Shown: positions 40,730 through 53,366 of the stretch, piece by piece
How positions within the stretch are numbered: the first letter of the stretch is position 1
How the letters are laid out: each line of letters begins with the position of its first letter
NCBI GenBank assembly: GCA_003971905.1
Contig: RSEE01000127.1
Location: 62,001 to 126,000, forward strand
Reading direction: 5' to 3'
From: Moniliella sp. 'wahieum'
Lineage: Eukaryota
Length of the DNA stretch: 64,000 nucleotides
The notes under the pieces: generated by a model
Database searches by the model: none
What the model saw: the letters and a program-made list of their open reading frames with translations, nothing else
Told to the model about the DNA's origin: nothing
Program-made: the position numbers and the translations under genes

Positions 40730-42648
40730 ATGTTCAACAAGAACCTCTCACTTCCGTGCTCGTTCTGGCCGCCGCCGCTGGAGCCGGCGCGCATCGTTGC
40801 GCCTAAGCAGATCCCCCATGTTTACTCCGTCGGTACCCCCCAGTCGACCCTTCTACTGAGGTGACCTACTCGTGCAGCTCCGGCCGCAGGCCAGGCGGCG
40901 CTGGACAACAAGATGGCTGAGATTGCCAAGTCGGACAGCAAGTGGCTCTCGGATGAAGAGCTCCAGGGCTACACTCGTGCCTCGGATGCCCACGTCCAGT
41001 CGGTCAAGGCTCACTTGACCAAGTTTGGAGGAAAAGACATTAAAATCAACAAGTGGGGGGACAAGATCACCGTCACTCACTCGGCCGAAGAAGCCAACGC
41101 AGCCTGGTCAGCCAATCTGTCCCACTACACTCACAGTGTCACGGGCAACAAAATCTTGCGTACTAGTCAATACACTGTGCCGGATGAGCTGCAAGATGCT
41201 GTCGTCAACGTTCACCCCTTTACGTCGTTCAACAATATTCGCCGCTCCGTTCCCATCCTGAAGCAAAAGATGATCGAAGAGCGCTCTGCGAGTGGTGGCT
41301 GCAACGACGACGCCTCTCTATCAGCTGCATCAAGTCCCAGTATCAGTCTTCCGGCTACACACCCAGCCCCCAGAGCGGGACTGTTGACACCCTCGTCATG
41401 GGCTATGTTGGCGAGTACGTTTCGCAGAGCGACCTCACCTCGTTCATGCAATCCCAGACAGACCATGGTTCATACAAGGTCACCATCGAAACTGCGGGTG
41501 GTGCCACGAATGACCCCAGCAACCCTGGTACCGAGGCCATGCTCGATGTGGAAATGGTTAGTGGCATCAGTGCCCCCCTCCACACCACATTCCTTTCCTA
41601 CGGAAGCACCAACCCTTCCAATGACGACTTCTTTGTCGACAGTTTTGACTACGTTCTTGATCAGAGGTGCGTAGTTGGTTTTCCTTTCTCTGCTGTTTAC
41701 TCCAACTGACTTTCTGTTGTAGCACCAAGCCCGGTGTGATTACTATCTCGTACGCCGACGATGAGTCAAATTTCTCCGACAGTGATGCTCAATCGCTTTG
41801 CAACGCTGCCCAGAAGTTGACGGCGGGCGGTACTACGGTTGTGGTTGCCGCAGGCGACAACGGTGTCAACTCCAACCAGGTTTGTCCCATTTCCTAATAC
41901 CCCTCTCGTTTCTCCCACCCATCCTTTTTCCGAGATCACCACGGCTCAATGTTGTGTATTAACTGATTCTCGTTGGATCGCTCTCATGAACACAGGCATC
42001 TTCGGGAGAGTCGTGTGCCCAATCATTCAACCCCACCTTCCCCTCTGGCTGCCCTTACATCTTGTCTGTAGGTGCAACCCAGAACACGAGCCCCGAGGTC
42101 CCGGTCGATGGAAGCAACGAGAGCGGTTTCTGGAGGTACGTTCACTGTTATTCCCTTCCTCTTTAGTTACCAAGCTGCTGTGCTAATTTCTGACTCAAAT
42201 GAACACAGTGGTGCTGGCTTCTCCAACATCTTTGACGCCCCTTCGTACCAAGCGAGCCAAGTCAAGTCGTATGTCAACAGCATTGGCAACCTAGACAGCG
42301 GCAAGTACAACCGCAATGGCCGCGCCTTCCCCGACTTGGCTGCCCTTGGTCTCAACGTGCAGATCACCGTATCGGGGCAAGACACGACCGTAGGCGGTAC
42401 CAGCGCTGCCGCGCCCATTGTGGCAGCTCACATTGCCTTGCTGAACAACTACCGCGAGCAAAACGGTAAGGGCCGCGTGGGTTGGTTCCACTCCAAGCTG
42501 TACGACAACCCTTCGGCCTAACCGACCTTACTACGGGCAAGACGGGTGGATGCTTTGAAGATAACACTCTCTACTTCCCTGCCAAGCAGGGCTGGGACCC
42601 GGCCAGTGGTCTCGGCACTCCCTCTTCCAGGCTTGGCAGAATCTCTAA
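40730..42648 (+). CDS. Secreted S53 sedolisin / tripeptidyl-peptidase-like protease, copy A
   Basis: Signal peptide MFNKNL.., prodomain, catalytic E-x3-D (GTEAMLDVE), oxyanion AAGDNG, catalytic Ser GGTSAAAP, GRAFPDLAA, GWDPASGLGTP; three introns; indels present. Confidence 0.92.
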
Positions 42649-43088
42649 ACGGCTCTGTCAACTCTGATCCCTGAGACTGCCGCTGATGCTGGCGCCGCGC
42701 TTTGGGGGGTCTTCGATGCTCCTGATGATCATAGGGGTCTTCGATGTTCCTGACGACCATACGAGTCGTTACTTTCCTTTGCCTCTTATGGGTGTTGATT
42801 TCCGACACCAAAACTGGAGAGGCGTGCTTGCACATGCCTCCTCTTCTTTTGCACCCCCTCTCGCTCTGCTTACTACTCGAATAAGCGAGAGCACTGTTCT
42901 TTCTTGTAACTAATGCCACTAACGGATCCACGAGTTGTACCACATGGAACGCAGAGGGTATTCTCCGACCAGTAGTACTATATATAGGTGTGCCATCACA
43001 GGGGATCGGTCACAGTGAGCCTGGACGAGGTTAAGAAGAATCGAAGAGTGGTGTGGAGGTAGGGGAGACAGGACACCATAATCTACTT

Positions 43089-43172
43089 ATACTGTGTGCA
43101 TACGTGTGCATACTGTGTGCATACTCTGTGTGCATACTGTGTGCATACTCTGTGTGCATACTGTGTTCATAC
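43089..43172. repeat. Minisatellite (TGTGTGCATAC, 10-13 bp units), 7 units
   Basis: Read directly; 5 units in the inverted copy at 53542-53600. Confidence 0.9.
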
Positions 43173-43586
43173 GTTCATCTCGCTACTAAGCATACCCACT
43201 GCACTCTGCTCCAGCTGATGCCCACTCGAATCCCTCCCAGCTCGTCCCATTCTCCTTGTGGCCACCACCATTGATCCGATGACCAGGACCAGACTTTCCG
43301 TCTTTTGGTCACGGCATGCTATTTGGTCCTTTTTCCTCATCATCGTCGCCCCCTTACGCATCTAAGTCTTCGTCTTCGCTGCTGTCCGACAGGGACTGTT
43401 CTCTCCCTTGCTCATCCTCATCCAATCGCTGCGCAGAGCTTTCTGCTTCTTCGTCACTGGATGAGGGATAGTCCGATTGGCGGTCGCTTTCCCTTTCCCG
43501 TGCCGGCGCGGCTTGTCCCGATTGGTGGTGTTTCTTGAGGCATTTTCATTTCCCGCCGCATCCTTTCTTGGTGTGGCATTCTTCCC

Positions 43587-46500
43587 TCATGCGCGGTTCT
43601 TGCCTTTCGTCCTCGTGCCTCGCGGGTTTCCGGTCGGCGTACCCCCACGCCTACGGGAGACGCTTCGGATGAGACCTTCCCGATCTTGAATCTGCGTTGG
43701 CTTGGACAAGTACAGCGACATCCAGGGTCGGGATTTGGGCGGGGTCCTCAGTTGGAACTCAACAAGAATGTGGTTCTTGGTACTTGGACGTTGGGCAACG
43801 AATCCTTTCAAGATTTCCACTCCTTCAGAGTGTACGATTCGCACGGATTTACCCTCCCCTTCGATCTTGCAGTGCTGATTGCAGGCATGGGCCAGTCCCG
43901 GCACGCAGCCTATATCTTTCGCCAGGGCAAAGCGCTCCTGGCAATCTTCAAGTGGGTGCACGATACGACACCCAGTTGGCGCATGTACTTTGTCCGTGAT
44001 TAGCCAGGGCTGGTATCCGACCCATACCTCATTTGGTGCATCACCAGCGTGGGCCCTGGAAGGCCTACCTAGCCGGAGTACTTTTCCAAGAACGTATGGG
44101 GCTTGGTTCCCGGCAGGTTGTTCACTAGGCTTCACGTCGATGGTAATGTAGACACCGGCCTTGACCAGCTCGCCCGTCTCGGTGATAACGGAGCGCACAC
44201 TAATGAACTTGGGTACCGCCACGCTCTGTGCCCCCGACAGGACCTGGCGAGGTCTTCCGGCTTGAGGTCTGGATGGAGCGATTGATACATCATTGGCATA
44301 TCCACGTAATGCCCGCTTTGGGCGCCATACAGTTCAGATACGCCTAGGGCACGCTCGGTGGATGGATCAGTTGGGCTGGCCCACGCGCGTGCGATAGGTT
44401 CAGGCGGCTCCTTTGCGGTCCCTCAGCATCCAGCTCTTCTTGCGCGTTGTCGTCCGGGGGTCCGTCGCGGGACAATAGTTGCACTGCGCCTCGGACAGCC
44501 ATGTGACGAATCACATCACTGTCTGAGTTCTGCTCATTTGTCAGAGAATGGGCATCTCGAATAATATCCGCGTACGCTCCTTCTGAGGATGCGTCCAGCG
44601 TCCGCGCTGTCCATATTGCCTGATGGCTGGAATTGCATGGCACATCAAGGTGTGCATCTTGGCTTCTCGAGCAACTGGGCCGGCGTAATGGCTCAAGGCG
44701 CGAGAGAGTGTCAAACCAGGTGGAAGAGAGATTGTTCAAGGTCAAACTTGGGTTAAAGCAGAGGTTAGAAAGTCATCGTGATCAATGTGGGCGAAGCTGC
44801 AAAGAACGTACCAGGTATCCTTTACCAGATTGGTTTTCTTCGACATACACTTCTGATGGAAGAGGAACTGAACACGGGCTGCAGCTTGGATGGCATTGTA
44901 GAGAGGCGGGGGGGAAATAGAAATCCGAATCTCGTCCTCGACTTCCACCCCCCGATGGTTCTATCATCGGGGCGGCTGCAATGGGAATGAGGACAAGCCA
45001 GGTCCTGACATCTTGCCCCGTAGCCGACCACATATTGGCCATAGCTCCCGCACCCGGTGTTGTTGGCCATCTATTCCTTGCAGGCATGCCGGGCTGACTG
45101 CCTCCATGTACACCTGGAGACGATCTTTGGCCTTGGAACTTAGCGTGTAATCCATCAGGAGCATGAGTTCTAAGCCGTCCCACGAAGAAATGTATGGAGA
45201 TAATCGAATGGGAAAGCTTCGCAACGGGAAAATCTTCCAGCTCCAGGAGAGGAGAGTTGGGGAAGCCAGTTTTGCGCAGAGTGGCTAGACGCTCTTTGTT
45301 GCGCTCAATAGCTTCTGAGTCGGATAACCCATTCGCAGTGGAGCCTGGTGTTCTGGTCTCCGAACCCCTGTGTCTCGCCAAATCAACCTCCCTCTGAGCG
45401 GTAAAATGGAACTGGTGGATGATCTTGTCCTCAACGTCATGGGCCTTGGCAAGAGCGTCGTACTGATGGCGGAACCCAATGATCGAATTGTCAGCTTGAA
45501 GGGCAATGACGCGCTTGATCTTCTCATTATTGCGTGCTTGTCCTGGCGTTAGGATGGCTCGAATCCGCTGTTCCGAGGCAATGTCAAGGTTTCGCTCCGG
45601 GAGATCCGTAAAGGATGTGCACATGTGGCAATACCCTTTTACAAACGTCAAGGTGGAGCTCAGTGCCGCGTGGCACAGGTTGTCAGCGTTGACACATAGG
45701 AGCTTGGGTACCAAGATGAGATTCTCGCCCGTTACGCCGTCTCTCACAGCCACACCGCTCTTGCTCAAAGCTTGAAGTTCCTTAACCAATGGTTCACATA
45801 TACCGACTTCGCTGGCGCGTGTACTTGTAGCATAGACATGAAGAGCGAGGCGGGAGGCAATATAGTCCGAAGAAAGGGCAGCCGATCGAACGATGATCAT
45901 GGTGCGCATGCGGTTTCTTGGCGTGGGGCAGAAAATCGGGCATCGTCGAGCGACATAATCAGAGGTGCTATGAGAACCTTGATGCGGTCGGGATCGGGAG
46001 ACAATGCTCGGTAAGGATTCGGCGGCATCGCCTTCCCTTCAGTGTCGACAAGTTTAACCCTGCGTGCCGTTTCGCCCAAGGACCCAAGGCTGCTCAGTAG
46101 CACGACGTGCTCTTTGCCCGTCCTCGTCAAAATAACAGGATCAGACTCGGTACCATCAGCCAGGGGCCGGTCAAGTCGTAGTTGCTCAATGATCGCCATG
46201 GCATCTCGAGTCCCTTCAGTATCCTCTTTCCAAAACCAAACGGTCGGTCTCACGAACCTTAGGGCAGCCCCAGTTCTTTTAGACCATAAAGCTGGCTCAT
46301 GGAGCCAAAGAAGTGACTCGTCGGTCAGACGTATTGAAGGTTGTCGAACTGTCCGGTAGCGTGAGCCGTCACTGATGTTCTCGCACAGGTCGCGAACGAC
46401 TGGCATGTCACTCATAGCCTCCCGCAACTCTCTTGATTGGTACATTAGCGGAAGAATGTCCACAAGGCTCCTAGTAGACACCTGCTTTGCACGGCCATCA

Positions 46501-47764
46501 GCCGTTGAAAATACGTCCTTGGGCTTTCCAGCACTCGCTTCCTCAATGGCGTTGAGCTTGGAGAGGGTTGGAATAGGGTATTCTGGGTAAAGTTGGGCAA
46601 TTTTTAGGAGAGCCAAGCACTGCAGTTTGCAGTCTTCGGGCCAGGAAACTGTTAACTCGTTGAACCACGCTGCCTGTTCCTGATCCTGCGGTGTACCCCA
46701 TATATTGAATCGTTAGCAATGTAGACGGTAGGACTTGAATGACGTACCAGGATGTCCTTCAAAGCTGCGAACTCATCGGTATCCAATTCATCCTGGGACA
46801 TAGCTACCATTGGAAGGTTGGCGCTGTGGTTGGCACGTTTGTCCCGTGCCTTTCGCGAATGGCTCTGACGGGGGCCAGAGTCATCTCTTAAGGGGGCAGA
46901 AGAATCATTTGGCACCTTGCGCTGGGGACCCGCAATATACCCTAGCAACGTTCGAAGGGCTTTGTCCTTCTCAGTGTCATCCACGTCTTGGACTGGTGTG
47001 TGGATATCTTCATAATCTTCGTCTTCATCCATGTCATCGGTCGTGATGGGGTTATGGCTCTGACGGGGGGCAGAGTCATCTCTTAAGGGGGCCGAAGAAT
47101 CCTTTGGCACCTTCCGCTGGGGACCCGCAATATACCCTAGCAACATTTGAAGGGCTTCGTCCTTCTCAGTGTCATCCACGTCTTGGACTGGTATGTGGAT
47201 ATCTTCATAATCTTCCTCTTCATCCATGTCATCGGTCGTGATGGGGTTATGGCTCTGACGGGGGGCAGAGTCATCTCTTAAGGGGGCCGAAGAATCCTTT
47301 GGCACCTTCGGCTGGGGACCCGCAATATACCCTAGCAACGTTTGAAGGGCTTTGTCCTTCTCAGTGTCATGATTTGTTTGTCGGAGAGGGGAAGCGGAAC
47401 GGGCCAATTCTCCTGGAACGGACCGAGATGAAGAGGGGATCGCCTTCCGATTTCCGGTAGCCTGCCGGTTCCGATTGCGTCGAGAAGCCTCAGCACGTTT
47501 CTTTTGATGCTTGGAAGAAGTGGCATGCTTCATGGCGGCGCTGAATCGTTTTGGTTCTCCGCCGCAAAGGAGACATTTGTACCCAAACACCGTCCCACCG
47601 TAGAGGGCATGCAAATTGGGCGTAGCCATAACTTGCCATTCCGGTTGCCCTGGGCTGTTCTTCTCGCTTGTGGCAAGGGAGGCAGCGGATTCGAGGTCTT
47701 CGAAGTTTTGCAGAGTTTTCTCAGGCAGTGGAAAGTTAGAACGACACTCACGCCAGACCGGCAT
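43587..47764 (-). mobile_element. Large basidiomycete CACTA/CMC-like DDE transposase gene (frameshifted ORFs 46652-47764, 45897-46616, 44782-45909, 44344-44745, 43587-44222)
   Basis: N-terminal CxxC..H..H finger; motifs LWLHEP..VRPTVWF, PPNPYRAL..PLIMSLDDA, LLCVNADNLCHAALSS..YCHMC resemble, from memory, the PNPWR..LYCDD..ADNP..CR.C transposase-like family of rusts and agarics. Family assignment is not search-verified. Confidence 0.6.
46858..47370 (-). repeat. In-frame 195-bp (65-aa) tandem repeat, ~2.6 copies, within the transposase-like ORF
   Basis: DTEKDKALQTLLGYIAGPQPKVPKDSSAPLRDDSAPRQSHNPITTDDMDEEEDYEDIHIPVQDVD recurs; anchor cttctcagtgtcat ends at 47370, 47175 and 46980. Confidence 0.95.
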
Positions 47765-48649
47765 GATGTCCAATGGTCGACGTGCAAAGAGTCTTCGAGA
47801 GGTGGCCTGTGCTGGTTGGAGTGATGCTGGACGGTCGAAGCGCAGTAGCAGGTTCTGCTTGACACGTGCGCACCACGGTGCGCGTGAGAAAATACCGCGG
47901 AAGTCAAAAGTCAAATGCGGAACGCGCAAGGCGCGCGGAACTCGGGACTAAACGCGTCGCGAATAAGGACCGGCGCGGGTGCGCTGGTGCGGGTTTGCTC
48001 TCGAGGCTACAGAGACCCCTGAGGCCGGCATTAATAGTGCAAAGACATTATACCCGGCGATTCACGAGTTCAATTCCCCCCCAATCCCACCCTCTCTGAG
48101 ATCTGATCGATCTGATCGATCTGACCCCACATCCCAGATCACACACCACCGAACCTCCGCATTCCCACCATGACCATATACATTGCACGAACTCTTTTGG
48201 GACACAGCAGCAGTCTATAGCAAGCCCATCCCCGCCGCGTCGCAACACATCGTAACTAATGCCGTGACATTTTCTAAGCTCTTCCCGTTTTCGCTTGAGC
48301 ATCACTATCAATCGCCCCGCGCTTTTCCCGCGGAGGCATGCTTGATTCGTCGATGGCAATAAGGCGAGTGTACACAATAAAATGCGCCTCACATCTGCAC
48401 TTTGCTCGAGTCCATTGTCTCCCTAGACCATCTCATATGGCTCTATCGACCGCCATGACCCACCTCCGACGGGTTTGCAGGCTTTTGTGAGGAGAATCCA
48501 TCATTTCGTTCCATCAACAGTATGTCAGGCCCGCTGAATGGTAGGTACCCCCACCCCCCCACCCCTGCGCCCAGGTCCATTCGAATGCCATGCGGAGATG
48601 GAGAGGTCGAGGTGGAAGGAAAGCGGGATGCAGAGAAGCTTCACTGCGC

Positions 48650-51353
48650 TCACTTCTTCTTGTTGCGCTTCTTGCGATTCTTGTTCTTGCTTCCAGGCGT
48701 CTTGGGAGCGACAGTTTCCACCGCCCCACCCGATGCACTCTCAGTCTCAGGCGGAGGCGAACCGGTCTCCCACTCTTCCTCCTCCAACGTACCTGCGGAA
48801 GAGGCCGGACTGGCTGGCTCCGACACAGAGTTGGGATTGGTGGCGACGCTGCCTCTGATTGAGAGGAAGCGGAAGAATCACCGGATGAAGCAAGAGGTTC
48901 TTCAGCCTGAATGGAGGGAATCGGTTCCTCATGATTGCTCTGCAATGGGGTCTCTTCCACAGCAGGAGCCGATTCCGCAGCGGGAGCAGATTCCACAGCA
49001 GGGGCCGATCCCACCTTCGAAACTGACGCCCCAGTGGATTCGGGCTGACTTCCTCGGCGCTCCGGACGGGGGAAGGGTTGAGTCGTTTGGTCGACAGGAT
49101 GGGGCTCCGGCTCTGTATTGCTCGACACATCAGTCGGCTCGGGGGTGGGGACGGCGGTGTGCATCGTAATTTGCGGCAGCAACAGGAAGCGGAGAGGACA
49201 CTTGATCTTCACTCGGCTCGGGAGGCTTAGTGATGGGGTCTGCGGCCGCCACCGACGCAGGCGGGAGATCTTTCTCCTGCCCAACCTCCACTCCGGTCTC
49301 CACCCCAGGCTCCACCACGGTCTCTTCTCCAGCCTTCTTCCCAGTCCCATTCCCGGTCTTCTCACCTGAAACAACCTCGAATTCAGGCACATCTCCTTTG
49401 CTCTCCTCCATCTTGGAGAGAACAGGTGAGGCAGGGGTTGGGGCAGGGATAGTAGTAGGTGCTTCCGATGGCGCAACCGCTTCCTCCAGTTCCGAGCTTA
49501 GGGAAGGAGGGGTCGCAGTGACGGGCGAATAAAACTGGTTCGGGTTCGGGGCTGGCGAGTGGCACGCTCGGCTCGGTGCGATGATGAGCAGAGGAGACAG
49601 CATCTGACGTGGCAAGTAAGGACTCGGAACCGACAGTTTCAGATGTGGAGGGGTTCTCCACCTCAGATGAAGTCCCTTCGGTTTTCTCCTCGCCCGCATC
49701 AGACACTGCGACTGAAGAAGTAGGCGCCGAACTCTCCATTGGGGTTGCTGCCGAAGGCGCAACAGTGGCGTCACTCGTAGCATGAGCCTTAGGTTCCAAC
49801 GGTTCAGACTCGGTCGGGACCACAGAGGCCAATGGGGATGGAGAGGGCTCAAACGTCTCAGAGGCCAGAGCTGGTGGTTGGCCGGGGAAAGGGTCAATGC
49901 AGCGGGGGTGCGCTCGACTGAAGGGGAAGCGGTCGCAAGTCCATGCTTGATCGGGGCAGCAGCCTCTTCCGTTTCCTTGGCCAGCATAGTGGCCACCGCG
50001 GCCTCGGCCCCACCCTCGGCCTGGGCAGCGCGCAGCATCTCAGCATCATGTTCAGTTTTGCGCGCATGCATGTCTTGCATATGTTGCTCGTCCAGACCCA
50101 CCAACTCTTCTTCCACGTCATCCTCGGGCTGAATAGCCCAGGCATCTGCACCTTGTCTCGACGAGGTGGGCGACACGTTCGCCTGTCCCACCCTGAGGGG
50201 CGAAGAGGAGGCCACAGCATCCATGCTTCCCAACTGCGGCTCCGCTGCGGTCTGAGGCACTGGAGGGGAGCGGGAACAGGAGAGAGGCAGTGGAAGCTGG
50301 AGGAGAAGTGCCACTTGGCTCATTAACCGTTGTTGCGTTCTCTTGCTCTTTGAGCGCACGCGCTTTGTTACGAGGAAGACCCAAAGACAACTTTTCTGAT
50401 CCTGGTAGGCCACCATCAGTGATACCAAGAGGCGAGAGAGGTGTGACATCCAAAGCGGAGGCAGCAGCTGGGGAGGCGGCAGAGTTGGCTGACGGGGCGG
50501 CTGCTTCAGCGTCAGCTGCTGCTTCCGCTTGTGCTTCTGCTGCTTCTGCTGGCGCATTTGCTGAAGTTACAGTTGTAGACGAGGGGTAAATGGGCGGTTC
50601 CTCCGCAATGCCCAACAGGGATCGCAGCACACGGTTCTCCTCAAGTAAGTGCTGCTCATGGACTTGGCTCTCAAGAGCTGCGTCGGCAGCATCAGCAGCA
50701 GGGTCGTGCCACTTGCCGAAATAACCGCCGGAACCATAGAATGAGGGCATGCGAAGCGCTGGGGCTGGAGTTGTGACCAGAGGCAGACGTTGAAGGGTCG
50801 AGTGGGGCGTCGGACAAGGCATCGGGATCTTCGCCCTCAGCAGCGCGAAGCGCACGACGAACAAGAGAGCCGAGGTGTTCGAGCGTGGCAGTACTTGCAG
50901 AGCTGGCCGTCAAGACCGCCTGGGCCTGGTGGTTGTAGCTTTGGCTGCTGAGCTGGCGCTCGTAGTGGGAGGTGAGGTTGAGCACGTGGGACTGGGTTGC
51001 GTGGCAAAAGGCGCGGAACTTGGCCATGACCTGTTCCAGGGTATGGTGGTAGTCGCGAGCAAGGAGCGTGAGCTGGCGGTTCTCATACGACAGGGCATTG
51101 TTGTCGCGCACGAGGCTGACATGGAGGCGCTCCAGCTCGCTGCTATACACCTCGTTGGTGACATCGACGTTGAAGCGGCGCAGGGCAAAGCCAGTGCGGG
51201 CATGGTGGAGCTGGCCCTTGAGGTCGTCGGCCTGGCGCTGGAGGACGGCCGCGCGTCGCGATTGGACTTGAGCTGGGCACTGAGCTCGCCAAGCAGGGCC
51301 CAGAGCTGGGAGACTTCGTCGCCAGCGTCGCCGTCGACGGGCACCATGGACAT
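48650..51353 (-). CDS. Conserved basidiomycete coiled-coil protein (possibly SIKE/FGFR1OP2-like) with a long acidic disordered tail
   Basis: MSMVPVDGDAGDEVSQLWALLGELSAQLKSNR..RTGFALRRFNVDVTNEVYSSELERL..ENRQLTLLARDYHHTLEQVMAKFR; Ala/Glu/Pro tail ending SKNKNRKKRNKKK*; frameshifted. Confidence 0.7.
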
Positions 51354-52083
51354 GGCGAGGAAGGGGGCGGCGGTGGAGCGGACGGACGGCTGCAAGCTCT
51401 CGGCCAGCTAGCCAGCTCGGCTGCTCCAGCACCTCACCGCCTCCCAGGGGCGGATCGCTGCAATTATGTCAGCGCCCTGCCGGAACGGCGGTGCAGCATC
51501 CAGCGCCCAGCCGCTGCAGGCTGGCGCTGCGCCGCACCGTCACGCGCCACGGCCCTTCGTCACCGGTTGCTTGCCCCGCCTGCTGCGGGCGCGGGGCGAG
51601 GCACTGCTGCAGCCGGCCTATCACAGGGACGCGTGCCGGCGTCCCAATACCCAGCGCACGACAAGTCTCCATCTCGCCTCTCTGTATTCCTCCCTCCACA
51701 CCGGGCAGAGTGCCCAACCCCCGGCTACCACAGCTCGGTTCCTCTGCCCACCCCGTCTGCACCCGTCACGGCGTCCCTCCCTTCCTTGACCAAGGGGACC
51801 ATTTATATAGCTTTCCATGCCCCTCTCTGGCGCGGATTCCGATCCTATCAAGCGCGAGATGTGGCATGGCGACGACGATTTTCATACAAGCTTAGGACCT
51901 ATAGTACAAAACGGCCTCAGTACTAAGTAACTAGCCAGGGGAAGGCAGATCAGGCATCAAGCCCCTCCGACGAAGAGGAGAAGAGCAGGAGTACGAGTCT
52001 AGGAGGTTCGCCCCAAGATGTAACAGCCCACAGAACGGAAGGTCGTGACTCATGGTATGTCTCTTGCAAGGGCTTTTGTTGTT

Positions 52084-52382
52084 GGTGGGATTCCAGCGGG
52101 GCTCGGGACAACTGGAGAGGCCTCTCGGCATATAGCTCGATGAGGCAAGTAAGAGGAGGAGTTCCCTGTACTGTGTATGGATCAGATTGACGGAAGTGGG
52201 GACGCCAATTGTAACAGTTGGGGCTAAGAGTGAGAGAGACAAAAGAGCCTGTGAGTGACGGGGACAAGGCTGTTGGGGGAGGGAACAAGAGGCATCGGGC
52301 AGTAGGGAAGAGAAGCACAAGGATGGGAAAGGGCGAGATACACAGGATGCAGCGTTGGAAATTAGAGCGAATACCTTCGGCG
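52084..52382 (-). mobile_element. Fragment of the LINE-like relic; direct repeat of 59981-60032 plus 60324-60568
   Basis: cgggacaactggagaggcctctcggca and gcaagtaagaggaggagtt..ccaattgtaacagttggggctaagagtgagaga..ttggaaattagagcga occur at both sites in the same orientation. Confidence 0.75.
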
Positions 52383-52398
52383 ACACCAATGTGAGTTG

Positions 52399-53366
52399 AA
52401 GGTGCCAAATGATTGTTCGCCCCCCTCAAGAGATGACTTTGCCCCCCGTCAGAACCATTCGCGAATGGCGCGAGACAGACGTGCCACCCACAGCGCCAAC
52501 CTTCCAATCAGCGCCAACCTTCCAATGGCATCTGCGTCCCAGCATGAATTGGATACCGATGACTTCGGACCTTTGAAGGACATCCTGGTACGTCATTCAA
52601 GTCCTACCGTCTACATTGCTAACGATTCAATATGGGGTACCGCAGGATCAGGAACAGGCAGCGTGGTTCAACGAGTTAACAGTTTCCTGGCCCGAAGACT
52701 GCAAACTGCAGTGCTTGGCTCTCCTAAAAATTGCCCAACTTTACCCAGAATACCCTATTCCAACCCTCTCCAAGCTCAACGCCATTGAGGAAGCGAGTGC
52801 TGGAAAGCCCAAGGACGTATTTCAACGGCTGATGGCCGTGCAAAGCAGGTGTCTACTAGGAGCCTTGTGGACATTCTTCCGCTAATGTACGAATCAAGAG
52901 AGCTGCGGGAGGCTATGAGTGACATGCCAGTCGTTCGCGACCTGTGCGAGAACATCAGTGACGGCTCACGCTACCGGACAGTTCGACAACCTTCAATACG
53001 TCTGAGCGACGAGTCACTTCTTTGGCTCCATATGAGCCAGCGTTATGGTCTAAAAGAGCTGGGGCTGCCCTGAGGCTCGTGAGGCCGACCGTTTGGTTTT
53101 GGAAAGAGGATACTGAAGGGACTCGAGATGCCATGGCGATCATTGAGCAACTATATACGACTTGACCGGCCCCTGGCTACTGGTACCGAGTCTGATCCTA
53201 TTAGTTCGACGAGGACGGGCAAAGAGCGCGTCGTGCTACTGAGCACCCTTGGGTCCTTAGGCGAAACGGCACGTAGGGTTAAACTTGTCGACACTGAAAA
53301 GGGAAAGCGATTATGCCGCCGAATCCTTGCCGAGTATTGTCTCCCGATCCCGAACGCATCAAGGTT
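52399..53366 (+). pseudogene. Truncated copy of the transposase-like gene (no 5' end, catalytic core deleted)
   Basis: Matches 45975-46919 inverted (..LLKIAQLYPEYPIPTLSKLNAIEE..RVKLVDTE) and stops just before the LDDA motif. Confidence 0.85.

Larger units (their letters stand above)
36905..46919 (+). repeat. Arm A of large inverted segmental duplication
   Basis: Reverse-complement matches to arm B: 36905-37200/59685-59982; 38140-38275/59262-59405; ~38400-43344/53367-58190; 45975-46919/52399-53366. Confidence 0.93.

Noticed and set aside
42917..48039. CACTA termini (CACTA at ~42917, TAGTG at ~48035) around the transposase
   Set aside because: The match does not extend beyond 5-6 bp into an inverted repeat and no target duplication is evident.
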